Assembly (NCBI GenBank): GCA_051418015.1
Contig: JBPRGF010000018.1
Coordinates: forward strand, 1 to 64,000
Direction of reading: 5' to 3'
Length of the DNA stretch: 64,000 nucleotides
Origin: Candidatus Nitrospinota bacterium M3_3B_026
GTDB taxonomy: Bacteria; Nitrospinota_A; UBA7883; JBPRGF01
Shown here: in pieces, positions 9,951-19,540 of the stretch
Numbering within the stretch: position 1 is the first letter of the stretch
How the letters are laid out: each line of letters starts with the position of its first letter
Translations under genes and position numbers: made by a program
Notes under the pieces: generated by a model
Told to the model about the DNA's origin: nothing
Seen by the model: the letters and a program-made list of their open reading frames with translations, nothing else
Database searches by the model: none

Positions 9951-11075
9951 TCACCTGTTGCGGGTCAACAGCCTGAAAGAACTCAGGATCCTTCCATATA
10001 TCTTTAAGTTTCGCGTGTTTTCCGGGTCGTTTTCGATTGGATAATCATCAAAGCTGAAAGCAACGATTTTATCGTTCATTGCTATATAGTAACTCCACAC
10101 ACTACTATCCCCTCCAAAGCCCTCGGCCCTGTAGCCTTCGTAGTCGCCTACCTTCACGACCTCCAGGTCTTCGCCCAAATGTGATCTCCAATGGCTGTCC
10201 AGCTTGCTTAGTTTGGCGCCGTACCAGGCAGGGATGGAAAGCCGTTCCGGGTTTTTGATGACGCGCATATCCAGGCGGAAGCCGCACATTCCGTACAGGA
10301 CTTCGCATTGGCAATTGTTCCTAAATACCGCTCCCTCTATTCCCCTTTCCGCGACGGATGCCATCACCGGAACCTGAACGCTAAAACCGGTTTCGTGATT
10401 GTATTCCCGCCATTCAAGAAGTTCCCTGTTAGGATGTGGTTTGAAACTTTCGAACACCCGCCTGAGGTCGTAATCGTTTTCGATCCCGGCATTCGTCCGA
10501 TAATAGAGGATATAAACAAAGTTATCCATCCAGTGAAAAGAGAGATGAAAGCCCACGCTCCCCCGCTCATCGCGCCCGTTGATTATGGCTTTCCCGGTTG
10601 GCGCCTGATCTTCGGGAAAATGTATGTCATATTTATGATCGATGACATGCCTGTGGTCAAGCCACCATTGCTTGAAGCTGAATTCCACCGGAATCGGTAT
10701 TACCGTCACGTAGAAAAACCGGTCATCAGGCCCGCGCCTGACCCATGAACGTTCCGGTTTCACGGTTATGAATATCTCCCCTCCTTCCGCGTAAACCGTT
10801 GTCTTTTCCTTCCCGGGCTCCGGCGGCGCGTAGAACACGGCGGATGCGCTCGTCCCCGGCTCCGGGTCGTCTGCAGGATAGTCAATACTTGTGTTTATTT
10901 CCCAGTTGCCCGGCAAGTCCAGCTCGTATCCATACTTCTCATTCTTGAATTGGACCCACTTTCCATCAAGGTGGCCGCTCGCTTTTGCGGGGGCATCGTC
11001 CGCGATAATATGGTCGGTCGGGCAGATGAAAACCAGTAAGGAAAGGAACAGCGCCGATATTCTTGCGTAACTCAT
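9951..11075 (-). CDS. Exported hypothetical protein with two PsbP-like repeats
   Basis: Signal peptide; repeated W..F/Y.N...G(Y/F)....P and terminal (F/L)(E/S)SF(K/R) motifs. Confidence 0.55.
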   Translation of the reverse strand: MSYARISALFLSLLVFICPTDHIIADDAPAKASGHLDGKWVQFKNEKYGYELDLPGNWEINTSIDYPADDPEPGTSASAVFYAPPEPGKEKTTVYAEGGEIFITVKPERSWVRRGPDDRFFYVTVIPIPVEFSFKQWWLDHRHVIDHKYDIHFPEDQAPTGKAIINGRDERGSVGFHLSFHWMDNFVYILYYRTNAGIENDYDLRRVFESFKPHPNRELLEWREYNHETGFSVQVPVMASVAERGIEGAVFRNNCQCEVLYGMCGFRLDMRVIKNPERLSIPAWYGAKLSKLDSHWRSHLGEDLEVVKVGDYEGYRAEGFGGDSSVWSYYIAMNDKIVAFSFDDYPIENDPENTRNLKIYGRILSSFRLLTRNR

Positions 11076-11242
11076 CGCGCTTAAATCGTAAAGACGGGGG
11101 ATAATCCTTCTCGAACCTCTTTAGCATCCATGTGATCTACGGAGTTACGATTATGCCATGGAAACCGCCGCCGCGAAAATATAAGTCCCGCCGATATCCA
11201 GGGAGAGCCGCGGTCGGCTGTTGGAGCACGAGGTGTCGCGGC

Positions 11243-11356
11243 GATTATTTCGACGGCGTATCCTGCTCTGAACTTAATACCCTGATAAACGCGCCAGGCT
11301 CCCCGCCTGTGGATATTGCTTCGGCGCAGGATGGCGTGAACTGTACGGCTCCGTAA
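11243..11356 (+). pseudogene. Remnant 3' end of an LRR-lipoprotein-like gene
   Basis: GVSCSELNTLINAPGSPPVDIASAQDGVNCTAP* matches the CxxLxxLI...GxNC C-cap of 1060-2961. Confidence 0.5.
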
Positions 11357-11433
11357 ATGATGCGTAACCCTATTGTCAGTGGGCACTTTAACCGCAGACA
11401 GTAATGGACGCTGTCCATACGCAGCATACGTAC

Positions 11434-12516
11434 CTAAACAGCGCCATACTTGTCCACATAGTCATGGGTGAGGCGGCGTATTAAATCGTCGTCACGCAAC
11501 ACGCTTTGCTTAACCTTCATGAGTTGGTCGTAACAGTCTTCAACAGAAAGAAGAACAAATTTGAATTGCAATAAATAATGTTTTCCCCCGATGAAAGACC
11601 AGTGGCCGGCGCGGGTCTCTTCCTCCGGCCATCTGGCGGGCGGCTCTCCAAGGCAGTTGACGAAAGCCAGCAAGTCTTCGCTGGAGAACAAGATCGTCGG
11701 CCTCGTAGGGAACGAAAGCGCGAAGTTGCGCCCCTCGGAGGAAATGTAGCCGCGCAGCGCCACTTTGCCCATCCGGATGTCAACAGGGTCCCGTTGCGTC
11801 TCAGGCTTCGGCTCATCGAGATATTTTGTCTCGATAACGAAAGGCTCGCCGATTTCCGTTTTGTCGGCGAAACTTCTTCGAGCGACCCAGAAGGCCCAAG
11901 GTAACATCAGATCAGCCAACGCGGAAATTGTTTCCCTCGGAAGCTCATCATATGCGCCGTCCCTGATTAAGGCCACCAGGCACTTCGCTGTATAGGAGCC
12001 CCAGCCGAAGGAATCATTAGTTTTCAGGACTTTTTCCTTTATATACGCCGGGCGATCATCAACTGGAACGGTCGGGATGCCTGGCGGTAGGGTCGATCTC
12101 AGATAGTTTTCCAGCTCTCCACGGTTACGAGCCAGCGGGAGCAAGAGCCCAATCGCTTCGGCCGTCCTAACGACCCAAGCCGGAGTGGCTATCCCTGATG
12201 GCGTCTCCCATCCTTGATCTATACGTTCCGCTAGATAGGCCAACTCATCCCAACCGACATTGCCGCGCTCCTGTATCACCCGTAGAGCCTCCGGCGACGC
12301 TGCGCTCCATTTATTTCCTTCGCCGGACATCAACCACTCTGTCGATACCCCAAACACCGAACATAGCCTGCCAGCGGTATCGCGCCCAACATTGCGCACA
12401 CCTTTTTCGATCTGTGAAACAAAAGGCTGGGAAAGCCCCGCTTTTTCAGCAAAGCCGCTGATGGTCAATCCCAGGTATTCCCTAAGCTTGGCAAGTTGGT
12501 TAGCCGTCGAGTTCAT
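11434..12516 (-). CDS. XRE/Cro-CI HTH regulator with a large unknown C-terminal domain
   Basis: LAKLREYLGLTISGFAEKAGLSQPFVSQIEKG...FGVSTEWLMSGEG; start set at ATG 12516, divergent from the integrase. Confidence 0.8.
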   Translation of the reverse strand: MNSTANQLAKLREYLGLTISGFAEKAGLSQPFVSQIEKGVRNVGRDTAGRLCSVFGVSTEWLMSGEGNKWSAASPEALRVIQERGNVGWDELAYLAERIDQGWETPSGIATPAWVVRTAEAIGLLLPLARNRGELENYLRSTLPPGIPTVPVDDRPAYIKEKVLKTNDSFGWGSYTAKCLVALIRDGAYDELPRETISALADLMLPWAFWVARRSFADKTEIGEPFVIETKYLDEPKPETQRDPVDIRMGKVALRGYISSEGRNFALSFPTRPTILFSSEDLLAFVNCLGEPPARWPEEETRAGHWSFIGGKHYLLQFKFVLLSVEDCYDQLMKVKQSVLRDDDLIRRLTHDYVDKYGAV

Positions 12517-12583
12517 GCGCGCATCATAGCACGCAATCAGAAAAAGCCAAAACAAACAAGGGGATTTAAACCGGAAAAAATCA

Positions 12584-12612
12584 TTGACATAAGCAATATT
12601 GCAAGCTATTAT
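12584..12612 (+). promoter_or_regulatory. Integrase sigma70 promoter with palindromic operator
   Basis: TTGACA-17bp-TATTAT; GCAATATTGC palindrome in the spacer; ATG 7 nt after the -10 box. Confidence 0.7.
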
Positions 12613-12619
12613 TTTTGCT

Positions 12620-13903
12620 ATGAGGGCCAAAAAAGGTGAAAACCGACTGATCCGAGCTGGAAATAGGAACGTGACGGTGAGCATATACTCCTCCGAAAAA
12701 TGCCCTTCCTGCTCTAACACCTTCAAAAATATCAATGGGTTTTCATGTTGCCACGGCGCCAGGGCAAGCCGCGTGATAATACAGATAACAGGCATCCGAG
12801 ATCATCCCAGAAAGCGCGTTATCCTTTACTCCGACCAGGATGGGCTTCCGCTGGAGCCGATACGCGCCGCTTATCTCAAACAAGTCATTGAAAAACAGGT
12901 GGTTACAGGGGTGTTTGATTGGCGCAAGTATGCCGCGCGAACTCGCCAAAACCTTAAATGGGCCAATTACGCCAGGAAAATATACCTGCCCTGGCTGCTC
13001 GATCGGGTGGAACGTTCGCAAAAACAGGACGACTGGATCACCTTGTCCGCATACGAGGATTATGAAAAATATCAGCGGCTTTACCTGATACCCAAGTTTG
13101 GCGACTTCAACCTTGATGATATCGACCTTCGCATGATCCAGCATGCGGTAAATGAGCTTCGGGACATGAAAGGGGAATTCGCATCATCGGGCATTAAACG
13201 CAAATTCGTGGACGGAGCGCGCCACATGCTGAATTTCGCATACGAGCGCGGGGATATTCAGTCGGTACCGGCCTTTCCCACGATAAAACGCCCGGGCCGT
13301 GTCATCACCACGCTGACACCGACGCAACAGAAAGAAATCCTCGAAAAGATACCGGAAAAACATCGTCCCATTTTTCTGTGGCTGACATGGACGGGAAGGA
13401 GGATCAACGAGGCCAGGGCGATGAAGATAAATGACATCGATTTTCGGAAACTGGAATACAAAGTGATCGATTCTTTCGACAAAAACAGGGAAAAACCTTT
13501 TCCAAAAATAAGGAGCAAGGCTGGCGCCGTGTTGCCCCTTGACGATGGCATCGGGGACAAAGCGGCTCTTCTGCGATCGGTCATAGGAGACAGGATATCC
13601 GGTTACGTGTTCATAAATCCGAATTGCGGCAAGCCGTACACCCACAATATGCTCCGCCGGATTTTTGAGGACGCGCGCAAGACCGCGGGTTACACAATCT
13701 CGCCAAACGAGTTCGGCCGCCACAGCTGGGCGACACAACGGCTCGCGGAAGGGTGGACCTACGACCAGGTCGCCATGTATCTTCTCAACACGGCCACCGT
13801 GGTTGAGAAACGATACGCCAACGTCAATGTCGCTGTCCGGCGGGCGGTGATCAAGCTCCATCAGACGAACAAAAGGAAAAATAAAAGCGAAAAGGGCTTG
13901 TGA
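12620..13903 (+). CDS. Tyrosine recombinase / phage-type integrase
   Basis: TGRRINEA (Arg I), NEFGRHSWAT (Arg II), KRY (Tyr); adjacent to tmRNA. Confidence 0.88.
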   Translation: MRAKKGENRLIRAGNRNVTVSIYSSEKCPSCSNTFKNINGFSCCHGARASRVIIQITGIRDHPRKRVILYSDQDGLPLEPIRAAYLKQVIEKQVVTGVFDWRKYAARTRQNLKWANYARKIYLPWLLDRVERSQKQDDWITLSAYEDYEKYQRLYLIPKFGDFNLDDIDLRMIQHAVNELRDMKGEFASSGIKRKFVDGARHMLNFAYERGDIQSVPAFPTIKRPGRVITTLTPTQQKEILEKIPEKHRPIFLWLTWTGRRINEARAMKINDIDFRKLEYKVIDSFDKNREKPFPKIRSKAGAVLPLDDGIGDKAALLRSVIGDRISGYVFINPNCGKPYTHNMLRRIFEDARKTAGYTISPNEFGRHSWATQRLAEGWTYDQVAMYLLNTATVVEKRYANVNVAVRRAVIKLHQTNKRKNKSEKGL

Positions 13904-13931
13904 TGTGCTTTTTTGAGCGCACTGGAGCGGA

Positions 13932-13944
13932 TAAGAGCTTGATA
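13932..13944 (-). promoter_or_regulatory. IHF site in the att arm
   Basis: TATCAAGCTCTTA matches WATCAANNNNTTR. Confidence 0.6.
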
Positions 13945-13957
13945 TTATTGCGATTAT

Positions 13958-14322
13958 TGGTGGAGGCGAGGGGAGTCGAACCCCTGTCCGAAAACCCTGG
14001 ATCGCAGGCTTCTACGCGTGTAGTCCCCGTTTAAAAGTCTCGCCCCTCCCCCTTGCCCGGAGACAGGCGGGGGAAGCGCCAGCCCATGTGTTGCTTCGCC
14101 TCAAGGCCCAAAAGGCAAAACCTATCGGCTATCCCGCATATCTGGCGCCCTCACTCATCCCGCGGGAGAAGACGAGCAGAGCGGCTGAGCCGTATTAAGC
14201 AGCTACAGCGTAGTCGTAATCGTTGGCAATTATCTTGCCCGGAGCCAGGATTTACGTGGTTGGCGCCAACCCACGACGCGCGACCTGCGTCTCGGCGTTC
14301 CCGTCGAAACCAGAACGCCCCC
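13958..14322 (-). ncRNA. ssrA: tmRNA; tag peptide (A)ANDYDYAVAA at 14195-14227
   Basis: 5' GGGGGCGTTCTGGTTTCGAC, 3' TTCGACTCCCCTCGCCTCCACCA, resume context ATAATT-GCC AAC GAT. Confidence 0.96.
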
Positions 14323-14354
14323 ATGCCCATATGATAACACAAGACGGATTTTCG

Positions 14355-15680
14355 TCAAATATTCGTTTTCCCGGCGGGATTTTTCCTGAAAAATCTCCTC
14401 AGCGCGGAGCGGACCTCGCCGACCGTATAGAACGATCCGGTTACCACGAAGACCCTGTTTTTACCAGCTCCGCCGATAAGGTTCAGCATTCCTTCCGGCC
14501 CGGAGAGCGCCTTTACGGGTATAGCCGAGCCCGCCCTGGCGGCCGCGAGCATATCCTCCAGCGCCGCCGCCCGGGGGACATCCGGCCTGTAGATGTGAAA
14601 AGCGCGCGCCGCGGGCCTCAATGTCCTGAGCATCCTTCTGTAGTCCTTGTCCACCATGGCGCCGAAGATTATGTCCGCCCTTCCCGGCCCGAACCTTTCG
14701 ATAATCGTGGAGCGCAACGCCGAGGCGGCCCTGGTGTTGTGCGCCCCGTCGAGGATGACGGTGGGGTTGTCGTGGAATTTTTCGAACCTGCCGGGCAGGC
14801 GCGCCCCGGCCAGCCCGGCGCGGATCGCCTTCTCGGGGATGTCAAACCCCTCATCGCGCATGAGCAGGACGGACATGATCGCCGCCGAGGCGTTGTCCAC
14901 CTGGCTCCTGCCCGCGAGGCCGACTTCGGCGTCCCTGATGTCCCCGAGCTTCGACCGGAAATCAAAACGCTCCCCCCGCGGCGTGGCGCCGCGCCGCCGG
15001 TTGGTGTAGTCCCGCAGGATTTTCCATACCGGCGCGCCCTTTTTCCTCGCCACGGCTTCGGCGACACCCGCCGCGTCCGCCCGGCGGACGCCAAGCGCCA
15101 CCGGACGGCCTTTTTTTATGATCCCGCATTTTTCCCCGGCGATGGCTTTCAGGCTCGATCCCAGGTGGCGGCGGTGGTCCATGGCCACGCTGGTGATGAC
15201 GCTGACCGCCGGGTCCACCACGTTCGTGGAGTCGTACCTGCCGCCCATCCCCACCTCCACGACCGCCACGCGGACTTTCTCCACGGAAAAACGCAGGAAG
15301 GCCATGGCCGTCAGGAACTCGAAATAGGTCACCTGCCGCGCCGCGGGCTCCGCGGCCGATTCCATCGCGTCCCGGACCTCGTTGATCAGGTCCACGGCCG
15401 CGGCCTGGCTTATCATTTTTCCGTTTACCTGTATGCGCTCGCGGAAGGTTTCCAGGTGGGGGGAGGTGTAAAGCCCGTTTCGTATCCCGGCCTGAGTGAG
15501 GATGGCGGAGATCATACCGGAGGTGGAGCCTTTCCCGTTCGTCCCGGCGACGTGGACGACGCTGAAATCCCTGTGGGGGTTCCCCAGCCTGTCGAGGAGC
15601 AGCTCGGCTCTCTCGAGACCCAGGCGCATCCCCCGGAAGTCGAGGGAGTTCAGGTAGGCGAGAGCCCCTTTCCGGCTCAT
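14355..15680 (-). CDS. folC: Folylpolyglutamate synthase / dihydrofolate synthase
   Basis: HVAGTNGKGST, EVGMGGRYDSTN, LDGAHN. Confidence 0.95.
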   Translation of the reverse strand: MSRKGALAYLNSLDFRGMRLGLERAELLLDRLGNPHRDFSVVHVAGTNGKGSTSGMISAILTQAGIRNGLYTSPHLETFRERIQVNGKMISQAAAVDLINEVRDAMESAAEPAARQVTYFEFLTAMAFLRFSVEKVRVAVVEVGMGGRYDSTNVVDPAVSVITSVAMDHRRHLGSSLKAIAGEKCGIIKKGRPVALGVRRADAAGVAEAVARKKGAPVWKILRDYTNRRRGATPRGERFDFRSKLGDIRDAEVGLAGRSQVDNASAAIMSVLLMRDEGFDIPEKAIRAGLAGARLPGRFEKFHDNPTVILDGAHNTRAASALRSTIIERFGPGRADIIFGAMVDKDYRRMLRTLRPAARAFHIYRPDVPRAAALEDMLAAARAGSAIPVKALSGPEGMLNLIGGAGKNRVFVVTGSFYTVGEVRSALRRFFRKNPAGKTNI

Positions 15681-15723
15681 CGCGGCGGCGGGGGAGGGCG
15701 AAGCCGCGTCCGGCCTGCGGGGC

Positions 15724-16635
15724 TCATAGCCGCTCCGGGGCGGGGCTTTCCTCCGCGGTGTCCTTATTCGGTGCCTCTTCTGCCGGGCTGGCTTCGTGGC
15801 TCATGTAGTCGAGCAGCCTCACCACGGTCTTCTTCAATTCGAACCTGTGGACTACCATGTCCACGAATCCGCGTTCCAGCAGAAACTCCGCCCTCTGGAA
15901 CCCCTCCGGCAGGTTCTCTTGGATGGTCTGCTGGATGACGCGGGGCCCGGCGAAGCAGATGAGCGCGCCCGGCTCGGCTATGATGACGTCGCCCAGCATC
16001 GCGTAACTGGCCGTGACGCCGCCGGTTGTGGGGTCGGCCAGGATGGAGATGAAAGGCAGCCCCGCCTCGGAGTGCTCCGCCACGGCGGCGCTGGTCTTCG
16101 CCATTTGCATAAGCGAAAAAATGCCCTCCTGCATCCTGGCCCCGCCGGAGCAGGAGACGATGACCACCGGCCTTTTCCCTTCTATTCCCCGCTCGAAGGC
16201 GCGGGTCAGCTTCTCCCCCGCCACGGAGCCCATGGACCCGCCCATGAAACCGAACTCGAACGAGGCGATCTCCACGGCGCGCCCCTCCATCCGCCCCGAC
16301 CCGGCCACGACGGAGTCGCGAAGGCCGGTCTTCTTCTGCGCGGCGCTTATCCTGTCCCTGTACCTTTTGCTGTCGCGGAACTTCAGCGGGTCGTTCGGGG
16401 CGAGGTCCTCGTCCGCCTCCTTGAAGGTCCCCTCGTCTATAAGGGTCTCCACCCGCGCCCGGGCGGAGAGGCGGTGGTGATGGCCGCACTTGGGGCAGAC
16501 GTAGAGGTTGCGCTCGAACTCGTTGTTGTAGACGATCTCTTTGCAGCCGCCGCACTTTCGCCACACCCCTTCGGGGATCCTTTTGCGCAGGGACATGCGC
16601 TCAAGCGGCGTTTTGACCCTGGTGAACCAGCTCAT
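15724..16635 (-). CDS. accD: Acetyl-CoA carboxylase carboxyltransferase beta subunit
   Basis: Zn ribbon WRKCGGC...[18 protein letters not shown]. Confidence 0.96.
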   Translation of the reverse strand: MSWFTRVKTPLERMSLRKRIPEGVWRKCGGCKEIVYNNEFERNLYVCPKCGHHHRLSARARVETLIDEGTFKEADEDLAPNDPLKFRDSKRYRDRISAAQKKTGLRDSVVAGSGRMEGRAVEIASFEFGFMGGSMGSVAGEKLTRAFERGIEGKRPVVIVSCSGGARMQEGIFSLMQMAKTSAAVAEHSEAGLPFISILADPTTGGVTASYAMLGDVIIAEPGALICFAGPRVIQQTIQENLPEGFQRAEFLLERGFVDMVVHRFELKKTVVRLLDYMSHEASPAEEAPNKDTAEESPAPERL

Positions 16636-18152
16636 TGATGACCGGCCTTCCTGTTGAGGGCGGCCAGCCACGCCTTCGCCGAAGCCTCGATCACGTCCGT
16701 TGAGGCGCCCTTGCCCACGTATACCTCCTCGCCTATCCTGACTCTGAGGGTGACCTCGCCCACGGCGTCCTTGCCCAGGGTGACGGACCGGATGTTGTAC
16801 GACAACAGCCTGCCCTGGATGCCCGTGATGCGCTCGATCGCCTTGTAGGCCGCGTCCACGGGCCCATCACCGATGGCCGAGTCCGTGACGGTCTTTTTAC
16901 CTTTTTTGAGCGTGACCGTGGCGGTGGGGATGACGTTGGTACCGGAGCTGGTCTGGATGTGCGACAGCTCGTAGATTCTCTTCACCGAGGCCATCTCTTC
17001 GCCCACGATCGCCTCCAGGTCCTCGTCGAATATCTCCTTTTTCTTGTCCGCCAGCTCCTTGAACTTCTCGAAGGCGTGGTCGATGGCGTCCGCCTTCAGC
17101 TTGTAGCCAAGCTCCTCCAGCCTTTTTCTGAAGGCGTGGCGGCCGGAGTGTTTTCCGAGAACTATCCTGCTTTTTTTCAGGCCGATGGAGGCAGGCGTCA
17201 TGATCTCGTAGGTGGTTCTTTCCTTCAGGACGCCGTCCTGATGTATGCCCGACTCGTGAGCGAAGGCGTTCTCCCCCACGATTGCCTTGTTGGGCTGGAT
17301 GGGCACGCCTGTTATGGCCACGAGCTGGCGGGATGTCTTGAAAATCTCCCTGGTGTTGACCTGTGTGCCGGCCCTGAAAAGGTCCTTGCGGGTCCTGATC
17401 GCCATGACCACCTCCTCCAGGGAGGCGTTGCCGGCCCTCTCGCCGATGCCGTTGATGGCGCACTCTATCTGCCTGGCCCCGTTCGCCACGGCGGCCAGGG
17501 AGTTGGCCACCGCAAGGCCGAGGTCGTTGTGACAATGGACGGAAACCACGGCCCTGTCTATGTTCGGCACGTTCTCACGGATGGATGCGATCAGCTCGCC
17601 GAACTCGGAGGGGATGGCGTAGCCGACGGTGTCGGGTATGTTCACCGTCGTGGCCCCGGCGTCGATCGCCGCCTCCAGTATCTCGTACAGGAATTTCCGG
17701 TCCGTCCGCGAGGCGTCCATGGCGGAAAACTCCACGTCCTTCACATGTCTTTTCGCCCTCTTCACGGCGTCCACGGCCATCGCCAGCGCCTGCGGCCTGG
17801 TCTTCCGGGTCTGGTATTTCAGGTGGCTTTCCGAGGTTCCTATGAAGGTGTGGATCCTCTTTTTCCCGGCGGGTTTGAGCGCCTCGGCGCACCTGTCGAT
17901 ATCCGCCGGAATGGCGCGGGCCAGCCCGGCGATCGTGGGCCCTTTCACTGTCCGGGCGATCTTTTTCACCGCCTCGAAGTCGCCCACGGAGGCGCGGGGG
18001 AACCCGGCCTCGATGACGTCCACGTTCAGCCTGGCCAGCTGGGCCGCCAGGGCGAGCTTCTCCTCCATGTTCATCGAGAAGCCGGGGGACTGCTCGCCGT
18101 CCCTCAGCGTGGTGTCGAATATGATTACCTGGTCTTTTCTTTTGGCCACCAT
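16632..18152 (-). CDS. leuA: 2-isopropylmalate synthase
   Basis: [25 protein letters not shown], regulatory domain GPVDA. Confidence 0.96.
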   Translation of the reverse strand: MVAKRKDQVIIFDTTLRDGEQSPGFSMNMEEKLALAAQLARLNVDVIEAGFPRASVGDFEAVKKIARTVKGPTIAGLARAIPADIDRCAEALKPAGKKRIHTFIGTSESHLKYQTRKTRPQALAMAVDAVKRAKRHVKDVEFSAMDASRTDRKFLYEILEAAIDAGATTVNIPDTVGYAIPSEFGELIASIRENVPNIDRAVVSVHCHNDLGLAVANSLAAVANGARQIECAINGIGERAGNASLEEVVMAIRTRKDLFRAGTQVNTREIFKTSRQLVAITGVPIQPNKAIVGENAFAHESGIHQDGVLKERTTYEIMTPASIGLKKSRIVLGKHSGRHAFRKRLEELGYKLKADAIDHAFEKFKELADKKKEIFDEDLEAIVGEEMASVKRIYELSHIQTSSGTNVIPTATVTLKKGKKTVTDSAIGDGPVDAAYKAIERITGIQGRLLSYNIRSVTLGKDAVGEVTLRVRIGEEVYVGKGASTDVIEASAKAWLAALNRKAGHQ

Positions 18153-18451
18153 AGCGTTATCACTCTAACATACTGGTTTATTTTATGGTACCGGAGCCCC
18201 AGGCGCGCATGAAAAAGCGTTTTCCGGGCGCGGGCCGCCTCCGGCGGTGGTTGATCTGTTTTTTCGGGGAGTGGGTTTTTATCTTGCGCCGGAAGGCGCA
18301 AGAAGGGCGCGGAGGTAAAGAGCCGTGCCGAAATCCTCTGCTTTATACATGTTCTATACATTACCGCCAAATCGCGATCGGCGCAAGCTGATATTTTTCA
18401 GGCCGCCGCCGAAAGGGCGGGGCGCCATAATAGCTGTGAGGCAAAACCCAG

Positions 18452-18534
18452 TGTCATCTCTGAGGCGAAGCCGATGAATCCGGTTGTTTTTGAGACAGGC
18501 GCGCGGGATCCTTCGCCGTTGGCTCAGGATGACA
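18452..18534. repeat. REP-like palindrome (TGTCAT..TGAG...CTCAG.ATGACA family), copy A
   Basis: Terminal inverted repeats; related copies at 35156 and 43455. Confidence 0.7.
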
Positions 18535-18581
18535 TTATTTAGGCCCGGTTTTCAAAAAAAACACTGTTCCATCGGCCCGCG

Positions 18582-19511
18582 CTAGTCGATTTCGCCGTAG
18601 GCCTCCTCCAGGACGGCCCTGGCGCCGCGCCCTAAAAGCTCCTCGGCGAGCCGGGTTCCCAGGGCCTCGCGCTCGCATACGTGGGAGCTCATCGAGTCGC
18701 GATATATGACGGATCCGTCGATGGCGCCCACGAGCCCCTCCAGGGTCACCTTCTCGCCCTTTATGACGGCGTGGGCGGCGATGGGTACCTGGCACCCCCC
18801 CTCCAGCCGCGCCAGAAAAGCCCGCTCCGCCTCCACGGCCGCCCGGGTCTCGGGGTGGTCGAGGAACTCTATGAGCGACCGTGTCTTGACGTCGTCGGTC
18901 TTCGCCTCGATTCCCAGCGCCCCCTGGCCCACCGCCGGCAGCGAGTCCTCCACGGAAAGGTACTCCGTCACCACGTCTTCCATCTCCATGCGCCTGATCC
19001 CCGACGCGGCGAGTATTATTCCGTCCATCCTCTCATCGTGGAGTTTTCTGATTCTCGTGTTGACGTTGCCCCGCAGGGTGACGACGCGCAGATCGGGCCG
19101 CCTGTTCAGGACCTGCGTCTGGCGGCGCAGCGACGACGTGCCCACCACGGCGCCTCGGGGAAGCTCGCCGAAGCTTTTTACCTCTCTGGCTATGAAGGCG
19201 TCGCGCGGGTCCTCCCGCTCCGATATGACGGCGATGTCCAGCCCGCCGGGAAGCTCCGTGGGGACATCTTTCATGGAGTGGACGGCCATGTCGACCCTGC
19301 CGTCGGTTATGGCGTTTTCTATCTCTTTTACGAAAAGGCCCTTGCCGCCGACCTTGGCCAGGGGGACGTCCAGTATCTTGTCCCCTTTGGTCTTGATCCC
19401 CACGATCTCCACGACGATCCCTTCGTGCTTTTGCTCCAGCCTGCTCTTCACCCATTTCGCCTGCCACATGGCCAGCGCCGAAGAGCGCGTTCCTATCCTG
19501 ATGTCAGCCAA
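18582..19511 (-). CDS. hemC: Hydroxymethylbilane synthase
   Basis: IGTRSSALAMWQ, GKGLFVKE, LEGGCQVP. Confidence 0.97.
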   Translation of the reverse strand: MADIRIGTRSSALAMWQAKWVKSRLEQKHEGIVVEIVGIKTKGDKILDVPLAKVGGKGLFVKEIENAITDGRVDMAVHSMKDVPTELPGGLDIAVISEREDPRDAFIAREVKSFGELPRGAVVGTSSLRRQTQVLNRRPDLRVVTLRGNVNTRIRKLHDERMDGIILAASGIRRMEMEDVVTEYLSVEDSLPAVGQGALGIEAKTDDVKTRSLIEFLDHPETRAAVEAERAFLARLEGGCQVPIAAHAVIKGEKVTLEGLVGAIDGSVIYRDSMSSHVCEREALGTRLAEELLGRGARAVLEEAYGEID

Positions 19512-19540
19512 TCGAGATTCTCCCTTTCAGACGGCGAGTC

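Larger units (their letters stand above)
1..13957. mobile_element. Genomic island integrated at the ssrA 3' end; left boundary not seen (probably outside the window)
   Basis: Integrase ends 54 bp from the tmRNA CCA end, with an IHF consensus in between. Lower GC than the core region to the right. Cargo is TA, regulator and secreted proteins. Confidence 0.8.

Noticed and set aside
12517..12795. N-terminal extension of the XRE ORF overlapping the integrase
   Set aside because: The HTH begins just after Met 12516; the extension covers the promoter and the opposite-strand gene.
14151..14342. Short ORFs over 14.0-14.3 kb
   Set aside because: They overlap the tmRNA gene.
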